Shown here piece by piece: positions 24,070-36,935 of a stretch of DNA of 64,000 nt. Source of the DNA: Octopus sinensis. Taxonomy: Eukaryota. Every line of letters starts with the position of its first letter. The stretch's first letter is position 1. Where the stretch lies: NCBI RefSeq assembly GCF_006345805.1, contig NC_042999.1, forward strand, positions 90,768,001 to 90,832,000. Reading direction: 5' to 3'. Under the pieces are notes generated by a model. That model saw only the letters and a list, made by a program, of their open reading frames with translations. It was not told where the DNA came from and ran no database searches. The position numbers were made by a program, and so were the translations under genes.

Positions 24070-24477
24070 TAGGAGATCTAATGTAATTTATAATTGCAGC
24101 GTCCTCAACACATTACACAATTCTACAGCTATATATAAAGGATCAGCCATAAATTTAAACAACGATATACCACTCATCTCAATTCTTTTAGATACTAGAA
24201 ACACAGTAAATCCACAACACTAGCCAGTCACATACATCATCTCGAAAATAGAAATAGTCCCTACATTTTGTCAGGGTCCATAATAGACTCAGGTCTTCCA
24301 ATCCAAGGTCAACGCTTAGTCTGTAAGCTACGCCTAAAAGATGTATTCCACATATTAAAGCACAACTCCTCGACACTACTAAATAAATATAATGAAGCCC
24401 TAGGTACCTTCAAGTTTTACCACAAATCGAGATGTAACCTAAATAATCACCCAGCATATATCCACAACATCCCTTAG
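24070..24477 (+). pseudogene. Degenerate Penelope GIY-YIG endonuclease domain
   Basis: CRRSNVIYNCSV..AIYKGSA, then after a frameshift KQRYTTHLNSF..STTLASHIHHL..SIIDSG..CKLRLKDVFHILK..LLNKYNE. Confidence 0.75.
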
Positions 24478-24764
24478 GTATTCCCCAACAATCCTTCTTA
24501 ACTTTCCCTTATCTCCATTTTAATGTTTAATCCTTAATTCTTTAACTCCCCTTTCTTACTTTAAGGATGTTAATAATTTAATATTACATATTTGGATATA
24601 CAAGCGGATACATGTGTGTGCATCTATTTTAAGAATGTATAAGAATGTATGTGGGTATATGTATGTATGTTAGTATATATATACGTGTCTGTGTATGTAT
24701 ATATACGTGCATATGTATATACAAATATATATGAGTGAGTCTATCTGAATATAAGTATACGTGA

Positions 24765-26568
24765 GTACCTGTATTTCTATTCAATGCTAATGAACAGTTG
24801 GAAAGAACATGTTTCAGTGTTCCGACCTTTCCGCATTTGCACATATCATTCTCTGAGACGTTCCATCTTACTACATTTGTAGGCGATGGCAAAGCATCAT
24901 AGGATGAACAAATCAGAAAACTTAGCTGAGATGTAATCCACCATGCTATCTCATTCCAAATTATTTTTTTTGCAACAAGATGTTCCTCCCATCTCATCAT
25001 CTGTCCTTGTTGAGAGCATTGGGTCAAATGGAGCTTTCTTCTCTCTATTCCCTTTGTTTTGATGCTGTGCTAACAACAGATCTGCGTTTGCTTCGCATTA
25101 TACTTGCAAACAGTCTGAACCGATCGGCGCCAAAACCAAGTCCCTTTCGATGAATTTGCATCGCACCCACCTTGTGTGTAAGCGAAGACAGAATGTCATC
25201 AGTGTCTGCTTCTGCTTTCCACTTCATGGCCATTTTTACATTTGGTGGATTACGACTGGTTTCTATATCCTTCGACTCTCTCAGCATTATCACCGTTCAT
25301 ATCTTTCCTAGTTTATAAATTTCGACTATTGACGCCAGTGATAACTGCAACGAGCCTCTTTTACGATAGAGAGCTGAAATGTTCAATATCCGATGTAGGC
25401 ATAGCTACTTTCTAATGAACACATTACATTTTGGTTTAATGATTTGAACTCGTGACAGTGCTACGTCGTATGTTAAAAATGTCCACGAAAGTCACGGATA
25501 CAAGCCGAACTGTAAACACCAAATTTTATATTTACCTGGTAGCTTTGAGTTGTCAATTGCTGTTAATTCAGTCTCGGCTTGTTTCATAATTTGCATCCCG
25601 CGACTCCTATCTGACAATGTTCCAGCGTATACGCGCCCCAAGCCCTTGACGGGTTCTTCCTTGACTGTTGGAATACTTTCTTCAGCTATTTGAAACTTTA
25701 CTTCTTTCTGCACTCCCTTAATTAATGTCAGACTACGCGAATTTTTCGCTCCGGATCGCATCCTTGGCTACTTCGCAGGTTCGTCTAGCCTCAACGGGGC
25801 TCTCTGCATGATTTGCTTGTCCCGTCATTCATGAAGGCTTTCATAGGTGATTTTACATGGGCGATTTGTTACGAAACGTCCACTGCTTTAAAAATCATCT
25901 CCATGACTAAGATAGACCACGTGATAGATATTGTGCAGCCATCAGCAATGCCAATCTCCAATCGGTGCCAATCTTGTAAAATCTCCAACCGTAAACCTTA
26001 TCTCGAAACTGTCATAATATATCCTTATTAATCTTGCTACTTTGTCTGTAATGTGGAAGTGGTCTATGGTTCTTATCAGTAATTCGTGTGGCACTGAGCC
26101 ATATACATTAGCTATTTGAAGCCATACTACATTCAGATTTGTCTTATTCTGTTTGGTATCCTGGATCACTTTCGAAATCGCAAAAATAATGCTCAATGCA
26201 TCTAGGGATCCCAGGGATTCCGACCTTTTGAACAGATTCATCAATATATCCATTACTCTGTAAATATGTCACTTCTCCCTGAGAGAATTCCTATAAAGAT
26301 ATTGCCTTCCGCATTCAATAAGGGTATCGGCCTAAACTGATTTATAGTCTCTGCATTGACCTCCTTCGGCAGGTATATACCTTCTGCCTTACACCAATCC
26401 TTTACTAGAGTCTCTACGCGCCACAACTGTTGGAGTAGATCAAAAAGCTTCTTTTGCAGAATACTGCAATATTTGTAAATTATATACGACAAGCCATCAC
26501 CTCCTGGGGTACTCTTTGCTCTAGCTTTTCTCACGAAATCATTCAGCTCTTTCTCCTTGATCTCCTAC
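24765..26568 (-). mobile_element. HERO-like (RLE-type) non-LTR retrotransposon fragment, frameshifted
   Basis: KARAKSTPGGDG, QFRPIPLLNAEG, VVWLQIANVYGSVPH, GIAMGC, LPGKYKIWCLQFGLYP, QQGQMMRWE, SFLICSSYDALPSPTN..CKCGKVGTLKHVLSNC. Truncated before the RLE domain. Confidence 0.8.
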
Positions 26569-27576
26569 ATATTTGTATGTATTTCCTTAGTACAGATAAT
26601 AATATACACCACTTTCTGTAGGAATGAGTGAACAGCTTAATGTTTAAATGGTTGAGAGTTTGCCTTTTTAAGTTGAATTTAAGAGATTGCATATACACAT
26701 GTGTATAAATATGTACGTGTGTGATTATAGGGATTTGATGTCTATCTATAGTTCCTTCATACTGAAAATATACTTCATGTTCTGTACAAGTAACCGTACA
26801 TTGAGGAAAATCGTATTGACCTAATACATTTAAATTGTTTACACAAGATAATTCTTTAATGAAAACTGCAATGTTGTCTTGGTTGCATAGGGACTACAAT
26901 ATTATTTTGAAGAAAAATAATGTTTGTGGTAGCATCGTTTACAGTAAGTGGTACAGTGCTGGTAATGAAATGATGTCAATTACGCTCTATTTTAATAAGA
27001 ACTTTTATTTACCGAGGCAAAAGTACACAGATAAGTAGATCAGAATATATAACTTATCTTCGCTACTCCAGTACGATATGAAAAACAAAGTCAATTTCCA
27101 TTAATGTAAAAAAAGCAATTAATCATAGGAAAGTAAAAGTTGGTTCCACTTTGTTTACTTAGTATTTTTCTGTGTGCTTGCCATTTTCGTTTTCAGTTAT
27201 TTGAAATATTTCAAACATAATTTCCTCTCCACTGTTTTCGCATTCTCGTTCCATTTATTTGCTCATCACTAGTTTTTAAAGCAATGTTCATTAATATTAA
27301 GATTTGTTGGAACTGAATTTGTTTGCAGCTTATGAATTTTGTAGCCTGATTTTTGAACTGAGTATTGAAGATGATGAGTCACTGAGTTACTTTTGTGAGG
27401 TTTTCTAGACAAAGGTTAGTAAGTTTGTCCTGATCCCTGATATCTGAAGTTACATTTATGAATATCTAATAATGTTAACAAGCCTTCAAATTCCAGATAA
27501 TTAAAAATTTGTTATACTGGTTCTGTTAAGACAAATATTCGTTTTTGAGGTATATATAAAAGATATCCCAATAATT

Positions 27577-27662
<86 letters not shown>

Positions 27663-28179
27663 GTACGTGTGTGCGTGTGCGTGCGTTCGAGTGAGTGTGC
27701 GTGTACAAGTGATATCAGGGAAAATGATAGACAAAGTAAATTATGGAAGTGTTTGGATTAAAAACTTATTCGCCCTGTTATGAAGGCATTTCTTTAACTT
27801 GCCCTTTTGAAATCAGATATATGACCGAAAGAACATTCTATATTTTATAGGATAGAAAATGAACACTTGTGAACTTTGGTAACTTGAAATACATTGGCAA
27901 TTAAATGTGGTGACACTCTAAATCAAAGTGTAAATCGCAAAATATGCATGCCGAAAGATTGTCAAATTTACAGTGCTCACTTGGAAAGTTAGAAATTGTT
28001 TCATGATTATGTTATTCAACGCTAAGTAATTCACCATTTTATTATGAAATAGTTGCGCGACTCATCTAAATATTTTTCATGGTGTTATAAGTTAACGGAT
28101 GATTTCTTTGATGTTCATGGTACATAATTGTATGGCTATCGTATAAATATCAGCATATAATTATCTGTCGTAGTACGTA

Positions 28180-28374
28180 TGTATGCATGTATGTTTATAT
28201 ATATATATATATATTATATATATATATATAATATATATATATATATATACAATTATATATGTATGTATATTTATACATACATATATATATATATATATGT
28301 ATACAATTATATATGTATGTATATTTATACATACATATATATATATATATACAATTATATATGTATGTATATTT

Positions 28375-28408
<34 letters not shown>

Positions 28409-28422
28409 ACGTATATATATAT

Positions 28423-28461
<39 letters not shown>

Positions 28462-28503
28462 CTCACACATATATATATATATACACACACACATATATAT
28501 ATA

Positions 28504-28581
<78 letters not shown>

Positions 28582-28612
28582 GTATGTATTTATGTGTGTG
28601 TGTATGTCTGTG
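28180..28612. repeat. Compound (TA)n/(CA)n tract with a ~38-bp higher-order unit (ACAATTATATATGTATGTATATTTATACATAC x3)
   Basis: Direct reading. Confidence 0.85.
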
Positions 28613-29095
28613 TGTATTAAGTTTTTTTTTTCTTTTCAAAATGCACTGTATTTCATAAATGGTAGAATATTGCATTAATGTGGCAATACACCAGTCTCTA
28701 CTACGTTTAATCATATATTATGATTACTTAATTAAACATATGAATGAAAATTATTTGTAAAGGTTTGCAAATGTTCGAGTGATAACTACTAGTGGTTTTT
28801 TTGATGTCATTGGGAGGAGAAGCACCAACACTCTGATCATTTCACCAAGATACAAACTGGCACCATGTGATATACTCTTCAATAGATTATTTCAATAATC
28901 TCTTTCAATAGATTATTTGACTGATCAGAAACCATAATACTGCTATGAATTTTTGCTAACGAGATAACAGAAACAGTATTGGTATTCCAGATATATAAGG
29001 CTAAGGAAGTTGCAAGTGAGTAAAATCTGTTTCTGTTCCAGTTTGGAATAATTCAATTTACGAGTATTATAAATTTCATGAAGCATTGCCGCATT

Positions 29096-29151
<56 letters not shown>

Positions 29152-29190
29152 GAGTGTGTGTGTGTATATGTATGTATATATACATATTTT

Positions 29191-29728
29191 AGTTACCGGT
29201 ATGCAAGTCTATGTAGTGTATAGTATGAATATATAGTGTTAAATTCAAGCATCGTCACTCTCTTTCCAAATGCTGATGCATTTCACATGGAATTTTTAAT
29301 CCTCCAAAGTCGTCCTCGTTTGTAAGTCAACCTACTACTCGGCTGCGTGCAACGTATATATATATATATATACTACAATGTTACTACAATGACACATTCA
29401 AATGCATACACTACGGGACAGAGAAGCTAGCTAATAACTTTTCCTTAACGATTTCCAAAATATTGGAATAATAGGTAATACCATAAATCTGTTCTATTTT
29501 ACAAGTTGCCTTGTTTTGACTTACAAAAATATAATTAAGAAGTTAATTTAAATTTTTCGGACCAAAATTTGTAGCCAAATAAGGTAGGTTGACTTACAAA
29601 CGGGGACGACTTTGGAGGATTAAAAATTCCATGTGAAATGCATCAGCATTTGGAAAGAGAGTGACGATGCTTGAATTTAACACTATATATTCATACTATA
29701 CACTACATCGACTTGCATACCGGTAACT
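29191..29728. repeat. Long inverted repeat: 145-bp arms (29191-29335 / 29584-29728), 143/145 identical, ~248 bp spacer
   Basis: Arm-by-arm comparison. A third, diverged copy lies at ~29771-29872. Confidence 0.92.
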
Positions 29729-30498
29729 GAAATCAGAGCTGCACAAGAAGTCATTTATTTATATTCTCCCGTATTGCAAGTCGACGTAGTTCAATTCAAG
29801 CATCGTCTCTATCCTCCTAAATATTGATGCGTTTCACAGGGAATATTTGATCCTCAAAATTCGTCCTAGTTTCACTTTACTCTCGTTGTCCATTTTCTGT
29901 TTCCTTAGAAAAATACACAAACTTCACACTTTTTCTGTCTACTAGCATCTAAGGGAAAAATCAGTTACAACATGATTCGAAACAGCAACATTACAGATAC
30001 TAATGCTACAAACTATCTCAGTATCCCATCCTGTATCTCATAAGATTTGGTAGGTCGACATCTGGATCAATAATTATTAAGTGGAGCTGAAATTACGAAT
30101 AGATCCGCTTAAATAAAATAGAATTCAATAGGAATAAAATGCAAATAAAATTACTCTACAAAGTCCATTCTAGGAAGTGCTTTTATTTCACTAAATCGTT
30201 AATTAATTTAACACCACAGTAAAGAAGGCTTACAGATTAGTTTTGTATGCATATTCTTTGATTAATTGAATCTGAGACTTCCAACTATTTTTCATGTTTT
30301 TCTTAACCTTCTTTTTCGGATCGTCCAGGTTATTTGTGTAATCCCAGTTTTTTCTGATTCATGCTCTTCTTTACCGCCCACCAACATCACCGGTTCCCAC
30401 TCCTACCACCAATTTTCTGTAAAAGTGACTTTGAGAAAAAAATAGATTTGTCTTTCAGAGTTCAACAATAGTTTCATTTTCTCCGGTTTTAAGAAATC

Positions 30499-30533
<35 letters not shown>

Positions 30534-30536
30534 TTT

Positions 30537-30584
<48 letters not shown>

Positions 30585-30654
30585 GGTGTTATTGTTGTTG
30601 CTGCTATCATCATCATAATCATCATCATCCTCATTATTATTATTGTCATTATTA

Positions 30655-30686
<32 letters not shown>
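30499..30686. repeat. (TTA)n microsatellite
   Basis: Direct reading. Confidence 0.92.
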
Positions 30687-30689
<3 letters not shown>

Positions 30690-31253
30690 TGAGAGAGTAG
30701 TACATGCCATGAAAGTGACGCTGAGGTAAAAATATACGAAGCCCAGTATAACCATCAATAACTACCCGTCTGTTAAGGGTACACCAGGCACATGCATCAC
30801 AAACATAAGGGCGCGATATGGTTTTCTCATATCAAGATAAATAGCACATAAACCTGCAGATGTGACCCAGTTAGAATTTTCTTCAAGTCGAGTAGTCCAT
30901 CCCACTCTCCCACTCAAGGGGTCGCTGAATAATGGTTGTTTAAGGATGATGAACGAAACACCCATGTTTCCAGGGGTGAATTATCTAAACCCCTAAGAAT
31001 TCCTTGCAACACATGGCTGTGATTCCCCTTTACTACTACTGCTCGAGATCAGAGATGCACATATCGTCAGCCACTAAGGAACATGCTCAACTGGTTAAGG
31101 TCAAACAACTGACAAACAAATCTGTGGTACTGAGCAGAATATTTGCTGTAGCCCATCTTTTATACAAAGACAAAACAATCTACACGATAACAATTCCAAT
31201 CAGTTAGGATGAGAAGCCATGAGAGCTACTACCTGGTACTGCATCAGTGCATT
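30687..31253 (-). mobile_element. ~567-bp non-coding interspersed element embedded in (TAA)n
   Basis: Sharp boundaries into (TTA)n on both sides and no long ORF. Resembles an abundant octopus repeat as I recall it. Strand inferred from the presumed (TAA)n tail. Confidence 0.6.
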
Positions 31254-31275
31254 TGTTATTATTATTATTATTATT

Positions 31276-31424
31276 CAGTAGTTTTATTTTTATAGCGTGC
31301 TTTCACTTCACTACCGAGCGCAGCTCTGTGTGCCTTGGGTATGTGCTGTGATTTGTTGTGATGCTCTGATGGTTATTGTATGGAAAGTGTTCTGCGTAGG
31401 ATGTGTGCAGTGCCTAGTAGTGCA
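31276..31424 (-). mobile_element. Short 3' end of a Dong-like LINE in (TAA)n
   Basis: Minus strand ALLGTAHILRRTLSIQ* plus 3' UTR. Nearly identical to 50586-50730. Confidence 0.8.
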
Positions 31425-31462
<38 letters not shown>

Positions 31463-33435
31463 GCGAAGCAACAGTAACAATGTCACCTTACTAATACAAT
31501 ACCCCTAGCACAATCATCACTACAGCCATCACCTTCATATCCACCACCAGCTCCTCCTTCCCCACCTCATCTTCATCATCATTATCATCATCATCAGAAT
31601 TATCATCAGTTGAAAAAAGCCGTCCAATTAAGTAATCGCCTCTTATTTGTTAATTCAAGTATTTATTTCTGTATGAACCGAAACTGGTTCAATGGAAACT
31701 AATGCTTGAGAGTGAAAGATCAACCTAATGTTAGAAAGGGATTACTAAAATCCACATCTCTTGATGGAATCATTAATTTAATTGTTTCCCACTAACAGAC
31801 TTTCTGGCGGTGGTGTTGTAATGGAGACCAGGTCAGTCCTAATCACGTAGACCTTTAGCATTGTTATAAGTGTGCTGATGTCCTAGTGGCTGACGGTTGT
31901 TATGATGACAGCAATGGTACTGCTGGTGTTGGTGCTGAGGATTATGTAGTTTTTGAGGATTAATGATACTAATCATGATGATGATCATGGCGCTGCTAGT
32001 GGTGGTGGTTGTACTTGTAAAGATAGTAAGTGTGTTATTAGAATGCTGATAGCGATGTGGACGATAATGGTGATATGGAAAAAGGAAGCGACCGTGCTGG
32101 TGATGATGATTTTAGTCATTATATCGTAAGTCTCGAACAAACCTAACTGTAACAAATAACATTCGAATCGCGACTATTCTGACATTTCAGGCAGTATATC
32201 TATTATCTTATATTTGTTTCAGCTATTGAAAAGCGGCCATGTTGGGGCACCGTCTTAGAGGGTTTTAGGTGAATAATTCGATCCCACACTTATTGTTAAG
32301 AATGATACCGGATGTATCAGTCGCCTCTGCAGAGCCGTAAACAAACCAACACCAACTGTCAAGAGGTTGGGTGGAAGTGCTGTATGGGGTACCCTCACAA
32401 ACTATACAAAAGAAGATTTAGGGAATGTCCTGGGGCATGAGGTAATGTATACCTGTAACTAAGGAAGTAGTGAGTTTAGTTGCTCCATTTGAAAACTAGG
32501 CCAGAAATCAACAGTGTTCCAAGTGTCGATGCTAGACTAGTAGGAATGTAGTGTTATAACTCGACTCAAAAATAACGTTACAGCGTAAACAAAATTCGTC
32601 TAACGAACATAGTTGGGAAACCCGATAATTTTAGGTTTGTCGACTACCAGTGGAATTATGTTTGATCTCCACCCAATGTTGATTTATACGATCAGCTATC
32701 CTTGAGGCACCACAGGAGGCATTATCATGTCCAGTATTGTACCTGGAGGAGGCTTTACTATAGTGACAAGTGTTACGGTTACACGAAACAAGAGCTATGA
32801 TGCTACTGTTAAAGTCGCATCCCCGAAGCAAATTAGTTTAATATTTCCCTGGCTCCATCCTATAACCCTTAAAATGTCTTCCAACTATGTAAATAAGGAA
32901 ACTCCACGTTCATCAAACTAAATATTCGCCAGAATTATATCCGTCTTTGCTAGTCCCTCAATTGTTTACATTTTTGTTTTTCCACTACGCTGCAACGAGC
33001 CAAAAATAACTTTACCTGCTCAAGGCCCACCCAACTTTCTCAGTCTTCTAACTGCGGAAAATTTGAGACAGTTATGACCAGTGTTTCCTCTTTGAATAAA
33101 GGTGTATTGCATAGAAAGAATTTGTTGTGAATGTTTGTTGAATTCTCCAATTATATTTCAGTAAATCAAATAAAATTATCGTTAATCAAATTTGTCACAG
33201 ATAATTGAATTATCTACAGGCTGAGATGTTATTATATTGATATTATGAACTTAATTAGATGATTGTATTTAAAAAATTCTGATATCAATTTTAGATGATT
33301 ACTACGTATTATTGATAGCATACTGTCTGTGGAGTCTATCATATGAAAATAATCAAGCGATGTTGATAGCAAAATTTAGTAATTTAAAAAAAATGCGTTA
33401 TACGATATATACATACAAGTATATGTATATGTGTT

Positions 33436-33470
<35 letters not shown>

Positions 33471-33473
<3 letters not shown>

Positions 33474-36445
33474 AATAAAATAGAATATATGCATATATAT
33501 AAACATATATGTACGTACCTACCTCTACATGTACATATACACGCATATATGTGTACAGGACACCAAAAAGACGTCGAACACATAGAGAGACGAAACACAT
33601 AGACACAAACCAAGGAACAAGACAAGCAAAAAAAATGGAGAGATACAGGACAATAAGCACAACGAAAAATCCCCTTCTTCAGTCGCTAAGATTTCATCTA
33701 CTAAACGTTTCGAAGGATAAAAGCGAGACGTATACTTCGAAGAAAAATTCCTTCCCGTGAAAAGCAAATCAATTAAAATTCTGAGATCTTTTCGCAGAGG
33801 GGTAAAAAAAAAGCAAGACGGTAACGACAGTACAAACATATAAACAGTAAAAAAAATATATATAAACAGTGGAAAAATAAATATATAACAGTGAGAGACA
33901 AGACAAGGAGAACAAGATAAGAAGGGCTGTTAACGCCAGACGAAAAAAGTATTGTAAACGCTGGATTATCGTGGAAGACAGAGAGGGAAATTTTGTCAAC
34001 CAGAAGCCTTGCAAGGCGGGCGAGAAAGGACAGGAAAGCAGTTACGACGGAAGTATCGTCGCAGATGGATGACGGGAATGGGGGAGGAGGAGCAAGAGGA
34101 AGAGAGAGAAGAAAGGGAATGGTGCGAGGAGACCATGAAGAATGGTGAAAGGGAGAGAGAGAATGAAGAATGAGAGAGAGAGGAAGAGACAAGTTAAGTG
34201 AGGGAAAAAAAGACGAAAAAGGGAATGGGAGAGAAAGAAAGAAAGATGCAGAGTCGCGTGAGAGTTAATATCAAGGCTAACTTGATAAACAAACAATCTT
34301 ACTTAGTAGGGTGCGTGTGTTTAATCGTATAATATTTAATAAAATAGAATATATGCATATATATAAACATATATGTACGTACCTACCTCTACATGTACAT
34401 ATACACGCATATATGTGTACAGGACACCAAAAAGACGTCGAACACATAGAGAGACGAAACACATAGACACAAACCAAGGAACAAGACAAGCAAAAAAAAG
34501 GGAGAGATACAGGACAATAAGCACAACGAAAAATCCCCTTCTTCAGTCGCTAAGATTACATCTACTAAATGTTTCGAAGGATAAAAGCGAGACGTATACT
34601 TCGAAGAAAAATTCCTTCCCGCGAAAAGCAAATCAATTAAAATTCTGAGATCTTTTCGCAGAGGGGTAAAAAAAAAGCAAGACGGTAACGACAGTACAAA
34701 CATATAAACAGTAAAAAATATATATATAAACAGTGAAAAAAAATATATAACAGTGAGAGACAAGACAAGAGACAAGGAGAACAGATAAGAAGGGCTGTTA
34801 CGCCAGACGAAAAAAGTATTGTAAACGCTGGATTATCGTGGAAGACAGAGAGGGAAATTTTGTCAACCAGAAGCCTTGCAAGGCGGGCGAGAAAGGACAG
34901 GAAAGCAGTTACGACGGAAGTATCGTCGCAGATGGATGACGGGAATGGGGGAGGAGGAGCAAGAGGAAGAGAGAGAAGAAGGGGAATGGTGCGAGGAGAG
35001 ACATGAAGAATTGTGAAAGGGAGAGAGAGAATGAAGAATGAGAGAGAGAGGAAGAGACAAGTTAAGTGAGGGAAAAAAAGACGAAAAAGGGAATGGGAGA
35101 GAAAGAAAGAAAGATGCAGAGTCGCGTGAGAGTTAATATCAAGGCTAACTTGATAAACAGAACAATCTTACTTAGTAGGGTGCGTGCGTTTAATCGTATA
35201 ATATGTTAATAAAATAGAATATATGCATAATATATAATATGTACGTACCTACTCTACATGTACATATACACGCATATATGTGTACAGGACACCAAAAAGA
35301 CGTCGAACACATAGAGAGACGAAACACTAGACACAAACCAAGGAACAACAAAAAAGCAAAAAAAAGGGAGAGATACAGGACAATAAGCACAACGAAAAAT
35401 CCCCTTCTTCAGTCGCTAAGATTTCATCTACTAAACGTTTCGAAGGATAAAAGCGAGACGTATACTTCGAAGAAAAATTCCTTCCCGCGAAAAGCAAATC
35501 AATTAAAATTCTGAGATCTTTTCGCAGAGGAAAAAAAAAAGCAAGACGGTAACGACAGTACAAACATATAAACAGTAAAAAATATATATATAAACAGTGG
35601 AAAAATAAATATATAACAGTGAGAGACAAGACAAGGAGAACAAGATAAGAAGGGCTGTTAACGCCAGACGAAAAAAGTATTGTAAACGCTGGATTATCGT
35701 GGAAGACAGAGAGGGAAATTTTGTCAACCAGAAGCCTTGCAGGCGGGCGAGAAAGGACAGGAAGCAGTTACGACGGAAGTATCGTCGCAGATGGATGACG
35801 GGAATGGGGGAGGAGGAGCAAGAGGAAGAGAGAGAAGAAGGGGAATGGTGCGAGGAGACCATGAAGAATGGTGAAAGGGAGAGAGAGAATGAAGAATGAG
35901 AGAGAGAGGAAGAGACAAGTTAAGTGAGGGAAAAAAAGACGAAGGGAATGGGAGAGAAAGAAAGAAAGATGCAGAGTCGCGTGAGAGTTAATATCAAGGC
36001 TAACTTGATAAACAGAACAATCTTACTTAGTAGGGTGCGTGCGTTTAATCGTATAATATGTTAATAAAATAGAATATATGCATATATATAAACATATATG
36101 TACGTACCTACCTCTACATGTACATATACACGCATATATGTGTACAGGACACCAAAAAGACGTCGAACACATAGAGAGACGAAAACATAGACACAAACCA
36201 AGGAACAAGACAAGCAAAAAAAAGGGAGAGATACAGGACAATAAGCAACGAAAAATCCCATTCTTCAGTCGCTAAGATTCCATCTACTAACGTTTCGAAG
36301 GATAAAAGCGAGACGTATACTTCGAAGAAAAATTCCTTCCCGCGAAAAGCAAATCAATTAAAATTCTGAGATCTTTTCGCAGAGGGGTAAAAAAAAAGCA
36401 AGACGGTAACGACAGTACAAACATATAAACAGTAAAAAATATATA
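33471..36445. repeat. Tandem array of a ~865-bp unit: 3 full copies plus a ~385-bp partial copy
   Basis: Units start at 33471, 34335, 35205 and 36060 (periods 864, 870, 855). Near-identical ORFs recur. Bounded by (TA)n at both ends. Confidence 0.95.
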
Positions 36446-36489
36446 TATATATATATATGCATACACACACATATACATATATATATTTA

Positions 36490-36935
<446 letters not shown>

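Noticed and set aside
31228-31250. U2 snRNA stem-loop IV-like CCTGGTACTGCA
   Set aside because: Only ~12 nt of similarity and no other U2 sequence.
32380-33100. Complex sequence with short ORFs, vaguely exonuclease-like
   Set aside because: Multiple stops, no clear motif, no convincing splice sites.
33655-33730. Hammerhead in the 865-bp unit (CUGAAGA and CGAAACG on minus)
   Set aside because: GAAA precedes CUGAAGA (type II order), but stem I does not close next to C3 and stem II pairing overlaps the core. No valid fold found.
33471-36445. CRISPR array or TRIM/LTR array interpretation of the tandem repeat
   Set aside because: Eukaryotic context with no short repeat-spacer pattern; no clear TG..CA LTR ends, PBS or adjacent PPT.
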